A program made the position numbers and the translations under genes. The notes under the pieces are model-generated. The model did not search any database. It saw nothing but the letters and a program-made list of their open reading frames with translations, and was not told where the DNA came from. From an uncultured Candidatus Binatia bacterium (GTDB lineage: Bacteria > Desulfobacterota > Binatia > UBA9968 > CAXXLF01), in NCBI GenBank assembly GCA_965218425.1, contig OZ244621.1, positions 3,072,001 through 3,136,000 on the forward strand: 64,000 nucleotides of DNA. The letters are read 5' to 3'. Positions 1 to 9,983 of this stretch are shown piece after piece. Within the stretch, counting starts at the first letter, position 1. Each line of letters begins with the position of its first letter.

Positions 1-140
1 GAGCGGTTCCTGCCGTATCTCCAGATGGTACAGTCTTAATCAACCTCCGCTGGTTGACGACAAAATCATAATTCGTCTGCATTCCAGAGGGATGTCTCGC
101 CAATTCATTAATCTATCTTTCAGCCGGCCGCGAATTTAAA

Positions 141-586
141 TTGGGTTTATTGGTGCCTCTTTACAGAATTTTCTATTCCTTTATTTCTCTGTGCTTACTT
201 TTTCCAGCTGTAGCGGCAGCTCAATCCCAGGGTATAAGCGTCAGCCTCACATCAAACAAAGCGAGGCATATACCGGGGGAATCCATCGGCGTATAAGTGA
301 AGGTTGTAAATGAAGGCTCGGAACCTCTCCGGCTCAATTTTGGTACGTCTCAGCGTTTCGAAATTCTCGTTCAGGACCAGCAGGGCCGTGTCGTCTGGCG
401 GTGATCCCACGGCAAGTACTTTTCCCGGGTTCTGGGAAAAGAGGTTTTAGAGCCGTCGGGGGAGGTGAGCTTCTTTACCGGACCACTGTGGAAGGAAGGT
501 TCTTTCCTGGAATCTATCAGTTAATGGCAATCATCCCTGCGATGGGACGCTCCATGTCGGCCACCACCACCGTTAACATCAGATGA
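141..586 (+). pseudogene. Degraded secreted BsuPI-like (proteinase-inhibitor-like) protein
   Basis: Frame from TTG141 reads a signal-peptide-like LCLLFPAVAAA, then VKVVNEGSEPLRLNFGTSQRFEILVQDQQGRVVWR*SHGKYF. In-frame stops TAA294-296 and TGA402-404; the tail continues in another frame to TGA584-586. Confidence 0.6.
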
Positions 587-625
587 AGGTAGTAGGTGAT
601 CCGGTTACGGAGACCCGCAAAAGGA

Positions 626-1033
626 CTATCGGCTTTTTGCGGGTCCCTGCCGGTTGGGAGTGGGAAAGTGGAGTTCCAGGTAATTCCCTTCAGGGTCAAA
701 CAGATAGATGGTCTTGCCCGACGGGCGGTCCACGCAGCGGTCAAACCTTCCCGTCTCTTTGACCTCTTTCAGGGCGTCCTCGTAGTCATCCCATTGCATA
801 TCAAAGGCTTGGTGCGCTATGCCGTCTTGTTCCAGGGCGTTCTTGTGAATCGGCTTCGGCCGTTCGAACAGAACAACGTCGCTGCTTCCGCATTTTAGGC
901 GGTCTAATCTTGGATCCGCGCCGCCCCCGACTCGGTCGAGAAACCGCATGCCAAGGATCTTGGTATAAAACTCCCGAGCCCGGTCGATATCATCCACGGG
1001 AATACCCACGTGGTAGAGATCCTTAAGTTTCAT
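626..1033 (-). CDS. VOC family (glyoxalase/bleomycin-resistance/dioxygenase) protein
   Basis: HVGIPVDDIDRAREFYTKILG, HQAF and IYLFDPEGNYLEL motifs; GGAG RBS. Confidence 0.9.
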   Translation of the reverse strand: MKLKDLYHVGIPVDDIDRAREFYTKILGMRFLDRVGGGADPRLDRLKCGSSDVVLFERPKPIHKNALEQDGIAHQAFDMQWDDYEDALKEVKETGRFDRCVDRPSGKTIYLFDPEGNYLELHFPTPNRQGPAKSR

Positions 1034-1107
1034 CGCCTTTGACTCCTGTCAGCAAATTCCATTTACCTCTGAGATTGTTTTTTCACTCGAAAAAAATCAC
1101 TCGCGGG

Positions 1108-1698
1108 CTATTTCCCAGCCGCTTGCTGCTTGGCGGTCCAGTCCGGATGATCCTCCACGTGCTCAAACATATTCCCAAGCACTTCTGAAAACGGATGATA
1201 TCGGAAGGCCATCCACTTGGCGGATTGTCCAGGGGAACGGTTGAAGTGCTGGTGCTCGCAGCCATTGGGCTTAACCGGTAAAATAATCAAGTCCCATTTC
1301 TCCCAATCCACCTTCTTTCCATCCACCGTCGTGTATCCTTCGCCTTCCAGCACGAACAGCTGAATTCCACCCTGGTGCTTGTGTTTTCCTGAATGGGTTT
1401 TGACGTGCTGAATGAAACAGGTCCAGCCCTGGGCGGCCGCTTCCAACACTGCCCCGTCCGCCACCTTGTGCCAATTAAGGTATCTCTTCGAAAGGCCCTG
1501 ACGGCCCTGGCGCCACGGAAGATCCTTGGCCCGGATAACGATCTTGCCTGTTTTAGCTTGTTCTCGGGCCGCGGAGTACTGCCGGAGGGTTTCCTCGTAA
1601 TGGGCTCCTTCTTCCAACTGGACGGGTTCTCTTTCTCTTACCCTTTCTCTTTCCACAGTAGTTCTCTCCCTTCGACCTTTTGGACCCTTACTTATCAT
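1108..1698 (-). CDS. Cupin-domain protein (gentisate-dioxygenase-like single cupin)
   Basis: SGKHKHQGG..FVLEGEGYT..WEKWDLIILP..EHQHFN cupin metal motifs. Start uncertain (1728, 1698 or 1656). Confidence 0.8.
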   Translation of the reverse strand: MISKGPKGRRERTTVERERVREREPVQLEEGAHYEETLRQYSAAREQAKTGKIVIRAKDLPWRQGRQGLSKRYLNWHKVADGAVLEAAAQGWTCFIQHVKTHSGKHKHQGGIQLFVLEGEGYTTVDGKKVDWEKWDLIILPVKPNGCEHQHFNRSPGQSAKWMAFRYHPFSEVLGNMFEHVEDHPDWTAKQQAAGK

Positions 1699-1728
1699 GG
1701 TTTCACAACCCTGTCCATACGGATGCAC

Positions 1729-1758
1729 TTGACAGGTTTAAGGGGGAGCAGTTATAAG
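1729..1758 (+). promoter_or_regulatory. Candidate sigma70 promoter for the cyclodeaminase-family gene
   Basis: TTGACA (1729-1734), 18-nt spacer, TATAAG (1753-1758); GGGAGG RBS before ATG1813. Confidence 0.4.
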
Positions 1759-1812
1759 ACCCACGTTCAACCACTCCTGGGTGGGTCATTGGATTATTAC
1801 TAGGGAGGTGCG

Positions 1813-2889
1813 ATGCTAATATTAAATGACGAAGAGGTTCGACAATCGCTCCCCATGACGGAGACCATCCAGGCCATGGAAGAATCGTACCGGGAAGTTG
1901 CGGACGGGCCAGGTAAAAACCTTCCGAGACAAAGAATTCGAACAGCTCCCGACCAGGATGGTTTCGGTTACTTTTTTAATTGTATTCCTGGACTGCTGCC
2001 CAGCCGGGGAGTGATGGCTGTACGGTTGGACTCCATTGTCCGAGAGGTCCGTGCGGAGCGAGCAAGCGGACGGTATGCCGGGGATCAGTACTGCGGGTGG
2101 GTGATTGTCTACAGCTTGAAAACCAGTGAACCCCTGGCGATCATGGATGACTTCAGCCTCTCGGCCATTCGCGTGGGAGCCACCACTGGGATGGCGGTGA
2201 AATACATGGCGAGACAAGATGCGAAACAGGTGGCGCTATTTGGTTCTGGTAAGCAAGCACGAACAAATCTTGAAGCCGTCTCCAAGGTCCGAAAGCTTGA
2301 CCAAGTGAAGATCTACAGTCCAAACCCAAACCATCGCCGGCTCTTTGCCGAAGAGATGACAGAGGTGATCGGAGCTGAGATCATTCCTGTGGATAGCCCG
2401 GTAAAGGCCATGGACGGGGCGAACATTGTGCTCTGCATGGGCAACTCGGTCAACCCGCTATTTGACGGGAATTGGCTAAAGCCCGGAATGCATGTCGCCT
2501 CTATTTCAGCGGGACGGGACAAGACTCATGAGGATCTCGGCCAAGAGGAACGCAAGGAACTCGATGATACGACGCTTGAGCGGAGCTCTCTCATCGTGAT
2601 TAGCTCCAGAGCGCAGATGGCGTGGGACGAACAGAAGAGACTGTCGAGCCAAAACCATAAGCTTTTTGACTTAGGCGAGTTGCTGCAGGGAAAGGTTAAT
2701 GGGAGAAAAAGCGCAGAAGAAATAAACCTGTTTGCAAGCAACGCAGGTACGGGAAACCAGTTTGCGGCTGCCGGGGCAGTGGTTTACGAAAAGGCGAGGG
2801 AAAGAGGTCTCGGCAAAGAAATTCCAACGGAATGGTTAATGACAGATGTAAAAAAATGGGCAGACCGGGGCTTCTTCCCGTCACCGTAG
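1813..2889 (+). CDS. Ornithine cyclodeaminase / mu-crystallin family protein
   Basis: SAIRVGATTG, FGSGKQA Rossmann motif, WLKPGMHV, GRKSAEEINLF. Confidence 0.9.
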   Translation: MLILNDEEVRQSLPMTETIQAMEESYREVADGPGKNLPRQRIRTAPDQDGFGYFFNCIPGLLPSRGVMAVRLDSIVREVRAERASGRYAGDQYCGWVIVYSLKTSEPLAIMDDFSLSAIRVGATTGMAVKYMARQDAKQVALFGSGKQARTNLEAVSKVRKLDQVKIYSPNPNHRRLFAEEMTEVIGAEIIPVDSPVKAMDGANIVLCMGNSVNPLFDGNWLKPGMHVASISAGRDKTHEDLGQEERKELDDTTLERSSLIVISSRAQMAWDEQKRLSSQNHKLFDLGELLQGKVNGRKSAEEINLFASNAGTGNQFAAAGAVVYEKARERGLGKEIPTEWLMTDVKKWADRGFFPSP

Positions 2890-3334
2890 GGAATCAATTA
2901 GACTCGAACCTTTTTTGACGACGCGGTCAAGATGTGTGGGCATTTCCAAAGGGCCTACGCACACGATGGCAACTAGACCAGTTTCTAATACCTGAACGGA
3001 CTACCCGTTATAGTCGTTTTCCTAGTTACCAGTTTTGTTCGGGAACGACGGTAGGGTGTAAGGGCAACCGCCCGCCCCAGGGACGTGGGCCTGATTCCAC
3101 TTAGCCCCTTTAATTCTCAAGGGAGAGTAGGAGCCCCCCTATTTTTTAACGCTGTCTAGGACTTGGTGACTACCATCTCTCCAAATGGACCTCCTCCCGT
3201 CCTGAAGTCTTGCGCGAGGGTGGTGACAAAGCATACTAACCGCCATACTTCAATTCTCTCCAAGGACCTCAATCACGTGATGTATTCCCAGAATTCTCGT
3301 TCAGCTTTTTTCGACGGGCACTTAAGAATTTGTG

Positions 3335-3607
3335 TCATCTTTTCCCCCCAGCAGGCCCTCTTGACTGCCGCACGCGAGTCCGGCTTTCGTCCGCGACCGC
3401 AAGGTATCCTTCTAGCGACTCCAGGCCTTGCTCGGCTAATACCCGCTTTATAACTCGTAGTACCGAGCTGCGTCCCTTGCTACGTGGGCGGGGAAGCAGT
3501 ATGCCTGGGTGAGATCCCGGTCTGTGGCGGCGGGCATCTGAGAATCCTAGGTCAAGGGTGATCAGGAACCTCCTCTCGCCCCTGACATGGCGGCAAATTC
3601 GAGACAT
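3335..3607 (-). pseudogene. 5'-truncated DUF5615/PIN-like toxin fragment
   Basis: ERRFLITLDLGFSDARRHRPGSHPGILL matches the C-terminal half of PIN-like DUF5615 proteins. The N-terminal LDEN segment is absent; the fragment abuts a MITE. Confidence 0.6.
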
Positions 3608-3612
3608 GGGGC

Positions 3613-3784
3613 CAATGCTGTCCCAACGTTTTCAAATAGGGCCGCTTTGGAGACTCCAAGTGTTTGATTTCTAGACGTCACGGAATTCGATGGCATTTCA
3701 AATCGATTACATTATTTCACTGTCAAAGTTCTTAGGATTCAATGACTTTCATAAAATTTCCAAACAAACGTTGGGACACCCGTG
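3613..3784. mobile_element. 172-bp MITE, IS4-family-like ends
   Basis: Terminal IRs CAATGCTGTCCCAACGTTT and CACGGGTGTCCCAACGTTT (16/19 identical, 13-bp perfect core); perfect 9-bp flanking direct repeat ACATGGGGC at 3604-3612 and 3785-3793; AT-rich interior without a transposase. Confidence 0.8.
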
Positions 3785-3843
3785 ACATGGGGCTTATTGT
3801 GAGTTACCCTCGCATAACCCACGATGCCCTCTGGATGTGAGTT

Positions 3844-4524
3844 TTACGAACCCGTCTGCACCACGGACGGGAGTTCGCCGAGACTCGCTATGATTCGATT
3901 GGCTCCTGCTTCAACCAGCCGATCTTTCTTTGCCAGTCCGGAAACCACTCCGACCGTGAAGATCGAAAGCGGTTTGGCCGACAGAATGTCATCCGGACTA
4001 TCCCCCACGAGTAGCGTTTCCTCTGCGCTCCACCCCAGGGAAGTGAGACAAGCCTGATTTTGATCCGGGTAAGGTTTCAAACGACAGGGGGGATCGCGAC
4101 CGAAAACTCCATTGAAACAGTCGCTAATTCCCAAGCATTCCAGAATACGCCCCACCGCGGCCGTTCCGTTGGAGGTGACAATGGCACAGGGGTAGCCTTT
4201 GGATCGCAACCAGGAGAGGGTTGGCTCAGTCTCTTGCAGTGGCTTGGCCCTGCCGGCGCCCTGGAGCTCGTAGCTCTCCAGGGCGTCGAAGACCCGCCCC
4301 TGGATCTGTTGGGTCCGATCTGATGGGAGAGCCTCAAGCATGAAGTCATACACCGTTCGCATGAGTTTAAATCCCACACCCCTGCTCTGTTCTAGCACCT
4401 TTGGCGGGATTCCTTCCTTTAGATAGATGCTTTCGATTTCCTCGATTGCTCGACGCCAGTCCACATGAGGTCCGAGCTCCACCAGAGTATGGTCAAAGTC
4501 AAAGATTATTTGATTGCGTTTCAC
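3844..4524 (-). CDS. HAD-family hydrolase (phosphoglycolate-phosphatase-like)
   Basis: Motifs FDFDHTL, IVTSN, KPYP and VGDSPDD. Confidence 0.9.
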   Translation of the reverse strand: MKRNQIIFDFDHTLVELGPHVDWRRAIEEIESIYLKEGIPPKVLEQSRGVGFKLMRTVYDFMLEALPSDRTQQIQGRVFDALESYELQGAGRAKPLQETEPTLSWLRSKGYPCAIVTSNGTAAVGRILECLGISDCFNGVFGRDPPCRLKPYPDQNQACLTSLGWSAEETLLVGDSPDDILSAKPLSIFTVGVVSGLAKKDRLVEAGANRIIASLGELPSVVQTGS

Positions 4525-4539
4525 GGTAAAACCACCTGA

Positions 4540-5886
4540 TTATTCCAAGTGCGGCCCGAGGATACGCCTCACCTTCTCTCGTACCGTACTGGCCACGGCG
4601 ACCCGTCGGAAGAGAGCGGCATTTTCTGCCATGGCGGTGGCGTCGATCCCCACGCGGGGCACCGGTTTGCCTGGCTGCACCGATGGGTCGATGCCCATTC
4701 CCTTGCCTCCCTTTTCTGACCAGAGTCCTTCGTCCGCCCGCAACCGGGTGGACATAGCCCACCAGACATCCGCGCCCCCCTCCAGGGGAACGTCTGCATC
4801 CACCACGACGACATTCTTGGCCACGGGCATCATTTCCCAAATAGCCTGGATGAGGGTTTTAACCTCTGCATGGGGCATGGGCTCCACCGCCGCCAGCACA
4901 CTCAATCCAAGACTCCGGGGCGGGATGTGAATTCGTGCCAGGGAAGGAAATCGTTGTTTTAGTTGCGGGAAGTTCTCGGCCTCCCATAAAAATTCGGACA
5001 GAGTGGAATCCTCCCCGCTGAAGGGTACCAGGGCATGGTAAATAGGGTTCTTCCTATGGGTCACCGCTGTGATCTTTCCCACTGGGCATTCAAAAGTTAA
5101 GTAGTAGCCGGAAGATTCCCCGAAGGGGCCTTCCGTTTCCCGGACTCCTGGAAGAATCTCTCCCTCAAGAACTAGTTCTGCATAGGCGGGAACCTCCAGG
5201 TCGGAAGTGACACAGCGAACCATTTTGATGGGCCGGGAGGCAAGTCCCCCTCCCATGGCAAATTTTTCCCCGTCCGGCGCGCGAATGACGGAAGCGAGCA
5301 GGGTCAGGGGATCGCAGCCTATGACAAATGCCATGGGCAGCGGTTTCTTATTGGCCTCAGCCCTGCCGAAAAAGGCGGCGATGGGAGGATTGTTGAGTAG
5401 GATGCCGATTTTGTTCCCACCTTTGATCTGTACGCGGTGAATCCCGCAGCTGAGTTTTCCTGTCTCCAGATCTCGGGCAACGGCAATGGCACTGGTCAAA
5501 TAGGGGCCCACGTCCCCCTCATGGTGCGTTAAGACGGGGGCCATCTGTGGAATGTCTATACCCTCGCGGTGAACGACTTCATGTACCGGGCCATCGTTAA
5601 CCGATTCGGGTGGAATGAGCTCCTTACGTCTTTCTGCGTATTGGGCCAAGAGGTCCCTGGGTTTTCCAAAGGCCATCTCTACTCGTCTTCGATGGCCAAG
5701 CAGATTTCCCACTAACGAAAACGGATACCCCGAGACCTGGGGCAGGTGGAGAGCCTTTCCTTTTCTCTCTTCCACCTCACGAATGGCGGCGGATATCTCC
5801 TGATTGGGTGAGAGTTTTTCCGCGACAGTTAAGATCTCGCCCTCTCGCTGAAGGAGATCCACAAATTCCCTCAAATCGCGAAACAT
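4540..5886 (-). CDS. UbiD-family (prFMN-dependent) decarboxylase
   Basis: FRDLREF start, GIHR, ELVLEG, EGPFGESSGYY, VVVVDADV; GGGAGG RBS before ATG5886. Confidence 0.9.
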   Translation of the reverse strand: MFRDLREFVDLLQREGEILTVAEKLSPNQEISAAIREVEERKGKALHLPQVSGYPFSLVGNLLGHRRRVEMAFGKPRDLLAQYAERRKELIPPESVNDGPVHEVVHREGIDIPQMAPVLTHHEGDVGPYLTSAIAVARDLETGKLSCGIHRVQIKGGNKIGILLNNPPIAAFFGRAEANKKPLPMAFVIGCDPLTLLASVIRAPDGEKFAMGGGLASRPIKMVRCVTSDLEVPAYAELVLEGEILPGVRETEGPFGESSGYYLTFECPVGKITAVTHRKNPIYHALVPFSGEDSTLSEFLWEAENFPQLKQRFPSLARIHIPPRSLGLSVLAAVEPMPHAEVKTLIQAIWEMMPVAKNVVVVDADVPLEGGADVWWAMSTRLRADEGLWSEKGGKGMGIDPSVQPGKPVPRVGIDATAMAENAALFRRVAVASTVREKVRRILGPHLE

Positions 5887-6075
5887 ATTTGACCTCCCTG
5901 GTCTCGGGTTTGGCTCCACCGTTGGAGCCGTGTTAGTTTGCTATGGTGTCGAGCACACCACGGGTTACGAATCAAATACTCCGTAAAATGTGTTATAGTC
6001 AAGGGACTGCCGGTGCGCGGCTTCGGTTCACTTCTATCCTTGCTCCCCCTGAGCTTCCTTGGTATTTTTTCGCAA

Positions 6076-8118
6076 ATGGAACGAAAAAGAAAAGATGGCC
6101 AGTTTCGCCTGGTGACTGATTTCAAACCCAAAGGGGATCAGCCCCAAGCCATTGAGAAACTGGTTCAGGGGTCTAAGAAGGGCCTTGCTCACCAGACGCT
6201 TCTGGGGGTTACAGGTTCGGGAAAGACCTTTACCATGGCCAATGTCATCGCCAGGTTGAATCAACCGACCTTGGTGATTGCCCCCAATAAAACCCTGGCT
6301 GCTCAGCTTTACAATGAATTCAAAGAACTGTTTCCGGAAAATGCGGTTCGGTACTTTGTGAGCTACTACGACTATTATCAGCCTGAGGCGTACGTGCCGT
6401 CCACAGACACCTTCATCGAGAAGGACGCTTCCATAAACGATGAAATTGATAAGTTACGCCACGCCGCCACCATGGCCCTGTTGGAAAGACGTGATGCATT
6501 GATTGTAGCCAGCGTCTCGTGCATCTACGGTCTGGGCTCACCTGAGGCCTATTTTGAGATGATGGTCTACCTGGAAGAAGGCATGAAGATGGAGCGCGAC
6601 GTCGTGCTTAGAAAACTGGTGGATATTCAGTACCAGAGAAATGACTACGACTTCCATCGCGGCACCTTTCGGGTTAGAGGGGACGTGGTTGAGGTTTTTC
6701 CCACCTATGAGGATAGCTCATCCATTCGCATGGAATTTTTCGACGATCGGATAGAGTCGCTTCAGGAGTTCGATCCCGTGCGAGGAAAAGTGCATCGGCG
6801 CGTGGATCGGGTGGCCATCTATCCTGCGAGTCATTACGTGACCAATGAAGTAACGTTGCAAAGGGCGGTTAAGAACATCCGGTCGGAGCTAGAGGAACGG
6901 CTCCAGGAACTTCGGGGAGAGAGTAAACTCCTTGAGGCGCAGAGATTAGAACAAAGGACACGGTACGATCTCGAGCTCCTCGCCGAAATGGGATTTTGTC
7001 CGGGCATCGAAAACTACTCGCGTCATCTCACCGGTCGCAAACCGGGAGAGCCACCCCCAACCCTTCTGAATTACTTCCCGAAAGATTTTCTCCTGTTTAT
7101 CGATGAGAGCCACGTGACGGTTCCTCAAATCGGCGGGATGTACCGCGGTGACCGGTCACGCAAGGAAACCTTGGTGGAATACGGTTTTCGTCTTCCCTCC
7201 GCCCTGGACAACCGACCGTTGAACTTCGAGGAATTTGAATCAATCTTGAATCAAACGGTTTTTGTTTCAGCGACGCCCGCGCATTTCGAGCTGGAAAAAA
7301 GCCGTGGGACTGCCGTGGAGCAAATTATTCGACCCACTGGCTTGATGGACCCCGAGGTGTTGGTTCGCCGGGCCCGAACCCAGGTGGATAATCTTCTGGA
7401 GGAAATCCGTAAGAGAGCTGAGGTACGCGAGAGGGTGTTGGTCACCACACTGACCAAACGAATGGCGGAAGACCTCACGGATTATTTTCAGGATTTGAAC
7501 GTCAAAGTGCGTTACCTTCACTCTGATATCGAAACCCTCGAGCGGGTGGAGATCATTCGAGAGCTCAGAAAGGGTACCTTTGACGTGCTGATTGGTATCA
7601 ATCTGCTGCGTGAAGGGTTGGACCTGCCAGAGGTGTCCCTGGTGGCGATATTGGACGCCGACAAAGAGGGGTTTCTTCGTTCGGAACGGTCTTTGATCCA
7701 AACCATAGGTCGGGCGTCCCGTAACGTGAACGGGACCGTGATCCTCTATGCGGATTCCACCACCCAATCCATGAAACAGGCCATGGACGAAACCAGCCGC
7801 CGCCGGCGTCTCCAGGCGGAGTTCAATAAGAAACACAAAATTACGCCCAAGACAGTGGTGAAGTCCTTGGGGGCACCACTGGTTAAAGTCTACAACGCTG
7901 ATTATGTGACGGTGCCCATTGCGGCAGAAAAGGGTGAAGGTTTTTCGTCGGTGGAAGCGATTCCAAAGCTGATTGAGGGTCTCAGGAAGGAAATGAAGCG
8001 GGCGGCGGCCAATCTGGAGTTCGAGAAGGCTGCAGAGATCAGGGACCAGATTAACGAACTTCAAGAAAGGGAACTAGGCTTGAAAAATCCACTGGTGGCA
8101 CGGGGGTCCGGGGATTAG
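6076..8118 (+). CDS. uvrB: Excinuclease ABC subunit B
   Basis: [36 protein letters not shown]-terminal [11 protein letters not shown]. Confidence 0.98.
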   Translation: MERKRKDGQFRLVTDFKPKGDQPQAIEKLVQGSKKGLAHQTLLGVTGSGKTFTMANVIARLNQPTLVIAPNKTLAAQLYNEFKELFPENAVRYFVSYYDYYQPEAYVPSTDTFIEKDASINDEIDKLRHAATMALLERRDALIVASVSCIYGLGSPEAYFEMMVYLEEGMKMERDVVLRKLVDIQYQRNDYDFHRGTFRVRGDVVEVFPTYEDSSSIRMEFFDDRIESLQEFDPVRGKVHRRVDRVAIYPASHYVTNEVTLQRAVKNIRSELEERLQELRGESKLLEAQRLEQRTRYDLELLAEMGFCPGIENYSRHLTGRKPGEPPPTLLNYFPKDFLLFIDESHVTVPQIGGMYRGDRSRKETLVEYGFRLPSALDNRPLNFEEFESILNQTVFVSATPAHFELEKSRGTAVEQIIRPTGLMDPEVLVRRARTQVDNLLEEIRKRAEVRERVLVTTLTKRMAEDLTDYFQDLNVKVRYLHSDIETLERVEIIRELRKGTFDVLIGINLLREGLDLPEVSLVAILDADKEGFLRSERSLIQTIGRASRNVNGTVILYADSTTQSMKQAMDETSRRRRLQAEFNKKHKITPKTVVKSLGAPLVKVYNADYVTVPIAAEKGEGFSSVEAIPKLIEGLRKEMKRAAANLEFEKAAEIRDQINELQERELGLKNPLVARGSGD

Positions 8119-8132
8119 CCTCGGCATCATTT

Positions 8133-9983
8133 TTGTCCATTCAAGAAAGACTCGATAGCTTTCCATCTCACCCCGGGGTCTATCTGATGAAAGACCGGGG
8201 TGGCAAAGTCATCTACATCGGCAAGGCAAAGGATCTTCGAAATCGGGTAAGGGCCTACTTTCGTGGTGGGGACGGTCGATCTCAAATCGACTTTTTGATG
8301 CGCCGAGTAAAAGATGTAGAGACCCTGGTCACCACCAACGAGAAAGAGGCCTTCATTCTCGAGAACAACCTGATCAAGCAATACAAACCCCGCTACAACA
8401 TCCGGCTGAAAGACGACAAGAGCTATCTCAGCATCAAGGTTACCGTATCCCATCCCTGGCCCAGGATCCTCGCTACGCGCAAGATTGTCAAAGACGAAAA
8501 TCGTTATTTTGGGCCGTACTCTTCCGCCTTTGCGGCCCGGGAGACCATCGATATCATCGAAAAGCATTTCCTCTTGAGGACCTGTACGGATTATAACTTC
8601 AAAAACCGCGCGCGTCCCTGTCTTCAATTTCAGATCCGGCGCTGTCTGGGTCCCTGCGTTTTAACTGTGGATCGCCGGGAATATGAAGAGCAGCTCAAAC
8701 AGGCGATCCTCTTTATCGAGGGAAAGAGCCGTGAGTTGTTGGAGGAGCTAAAGGCGAGGATGGAGGAGAGGTCTGAGGCCCTGGAATTCGAGGCGGCGGC
8801 TAAAATCAGAGATCAGATCCAGGCGGTGGAGCAGACCCTGGAAAAACAGAGGATGGTTTCCCACTGGGGAGCCGATCAGGATATCTTTGGGCTCTATCGG
8901 GAGGGCGGGTTTTTCGAGGTGCAAGTCCTTTTTGTCCGGCAGGGAAAACTCACAGGGAACCAGGCCTATTCCTTCGAGGACCTGATGTTCTCCGATGAGG
9001 AGTTGATGGAATCGTTGCTCACCCAGTTCTACCAAGGGGAGCGTTTCATTCCCGACGAGGTCCTTTTGCCCGTGGAACTGGAGGATCAGGGAGTGCGCGA
9101 GGAATATCTTTCAGAACGCAGAGGCAAGCGAGTGGCCCTGCTAAGCCCGCGTAGGGGAGATCGGCGGAAACTCTTAGAGATGGCGGGACAGAACGCCCGC
9201 CAGAGTTTTTCGGAGCGTCATAACAAGGAAAAGGAAAGAGAGACCATGCTCCTGGAGCTTCAGCAAAAGCTTCGACTGAAGCATTATCCCCAAAGGATCG
9301 AGTGTTATGACATATCGAATATCTCCGGCAAACAGGCGGTGGGGTCCCAGGTCACTTTCTTCGACGGGGAACCGGACAAGAAGCGATATCGCCATTACCG
9401 AATTAGATCGCCGCAAGCGGTCCGGGGTGGAGACGACTTTGAGATGATGTACGAGGTGCTGGAACGTCGATTCCGCCGGGGAGTTGAAGAAGGAGACTTT
9501 CCCGACCTTGTGGTTGTGGATGGGGGTAAAGGTCAGCTGGGGATGGCCCTGGCCGCGTTGCGGGACCTTGGGATCGAAGATATCGACGTGATTGCCCTGG
9601 CAAAGACGCGTGTTCAATCGTCGCCGCGTAGCCGCGATATTGAACGTACCGAGGAGAGGGTTTTTTGTCCCGGGCAGGCCAATCCCGTCACCCTAAGCCG
9701 TAATTCCAACGCCCTGTTTCTTCTCCAGCGTGTCCGGGACGAGGCCCACCGGTTTGCCATCACCCATCACAAAAAACTGAGATCGAAACAATCATTGCAT
9801 TCCGTCCTGGACCGAATTCCTGGAATCGGGGGAGTACGCAAACGGGCACTGCTGCGTGCCCTGGGCAGCCTAAAGCGCATCGAAGAAGCCACCTTGGAGG
9901 ACCTATTAAAAGTTCCTTCCATCAACGAGAAGATTGCCCGGGACATCCTTGAGACCTTGGGGTCAACTTCCAAGGACGATTGA
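8133..9983 (+). CDS. uvrC: Excinuclease ABC subunit C
   Basis: GIY-YIG PGVYLMKD..IYIGKAKDL, RIECYDIS, VDGGKGQ, RDEAHRFA, HhH GIG. Confidence 0.98.
   Translation: MSIQERLDSFPSHPGVYLMKDRGGKVIYIGKAKDLRNRVRAYFRGGDGRSQIDFLMRRVKDVETLVTTNEKEAFILENNLIKQYKPRYNIRLKDDKSYLSIKVTVSHPWPRILATRKIVKDENRYFGPYSSAFAARETIDIIEKHFLLRTCTDYNFKNRARPCLQFQIRRCLGPCVLTVDRREYEEQLKQAILFIEGKSRELLEELKARMEERSEALEFEAAAKIRDQIQAVEQTLEKQRMVSHWGADQDIFGLYREGGFFEVQVLFVRQGKLTGNQAYSFEDLMFSDEELMESLLTQFYQGERFIPDEVLLPVELEDQGVREEYLSERRGKRVALLSPRRGDRRKLLEMAGQNARQSFSERHNKEKERETMLLELQQKLRLKHYPQRIECYDISNISGKQAVGSQVTFFDGEPDKKRYRHYRIRSPQAVRGGDDFEMMYEVLERRFRRGVEEGDFPDLVVVDGGKGQLGMALAALRDLGIEDIDVIALAKTRVQSSPRSRDIERTEERVFCPGQANPVTLSRNSNALFLLQRVRDEAHRFAITHHKKLRSKQSLHSVLDRIPGIGGVRKRALLRALGSLKRIEEATLEDLLKVPSINEKIARDILETLGSTSKDD

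Noticed and set aside
402..404. TGA as selenocysteine or Trp recoding
   Set aside because: The same frame also has a TAA and a frameshift, and TGA is a normal stop in many core genes here.
5938..6075. N-terminal extension of uvrB in the ORF track, and a possible LexA box
   Set aside because: UvrB similarity begins near ATG6076; no recognisable LexA palindrome was found.
7267..9617. Long antisense ORFs inside uvrB and uvrC, and similar shadows elsewhere
   Set aside because: They lie opposite well-conserved genes and have no motifs; expected from codon bias.
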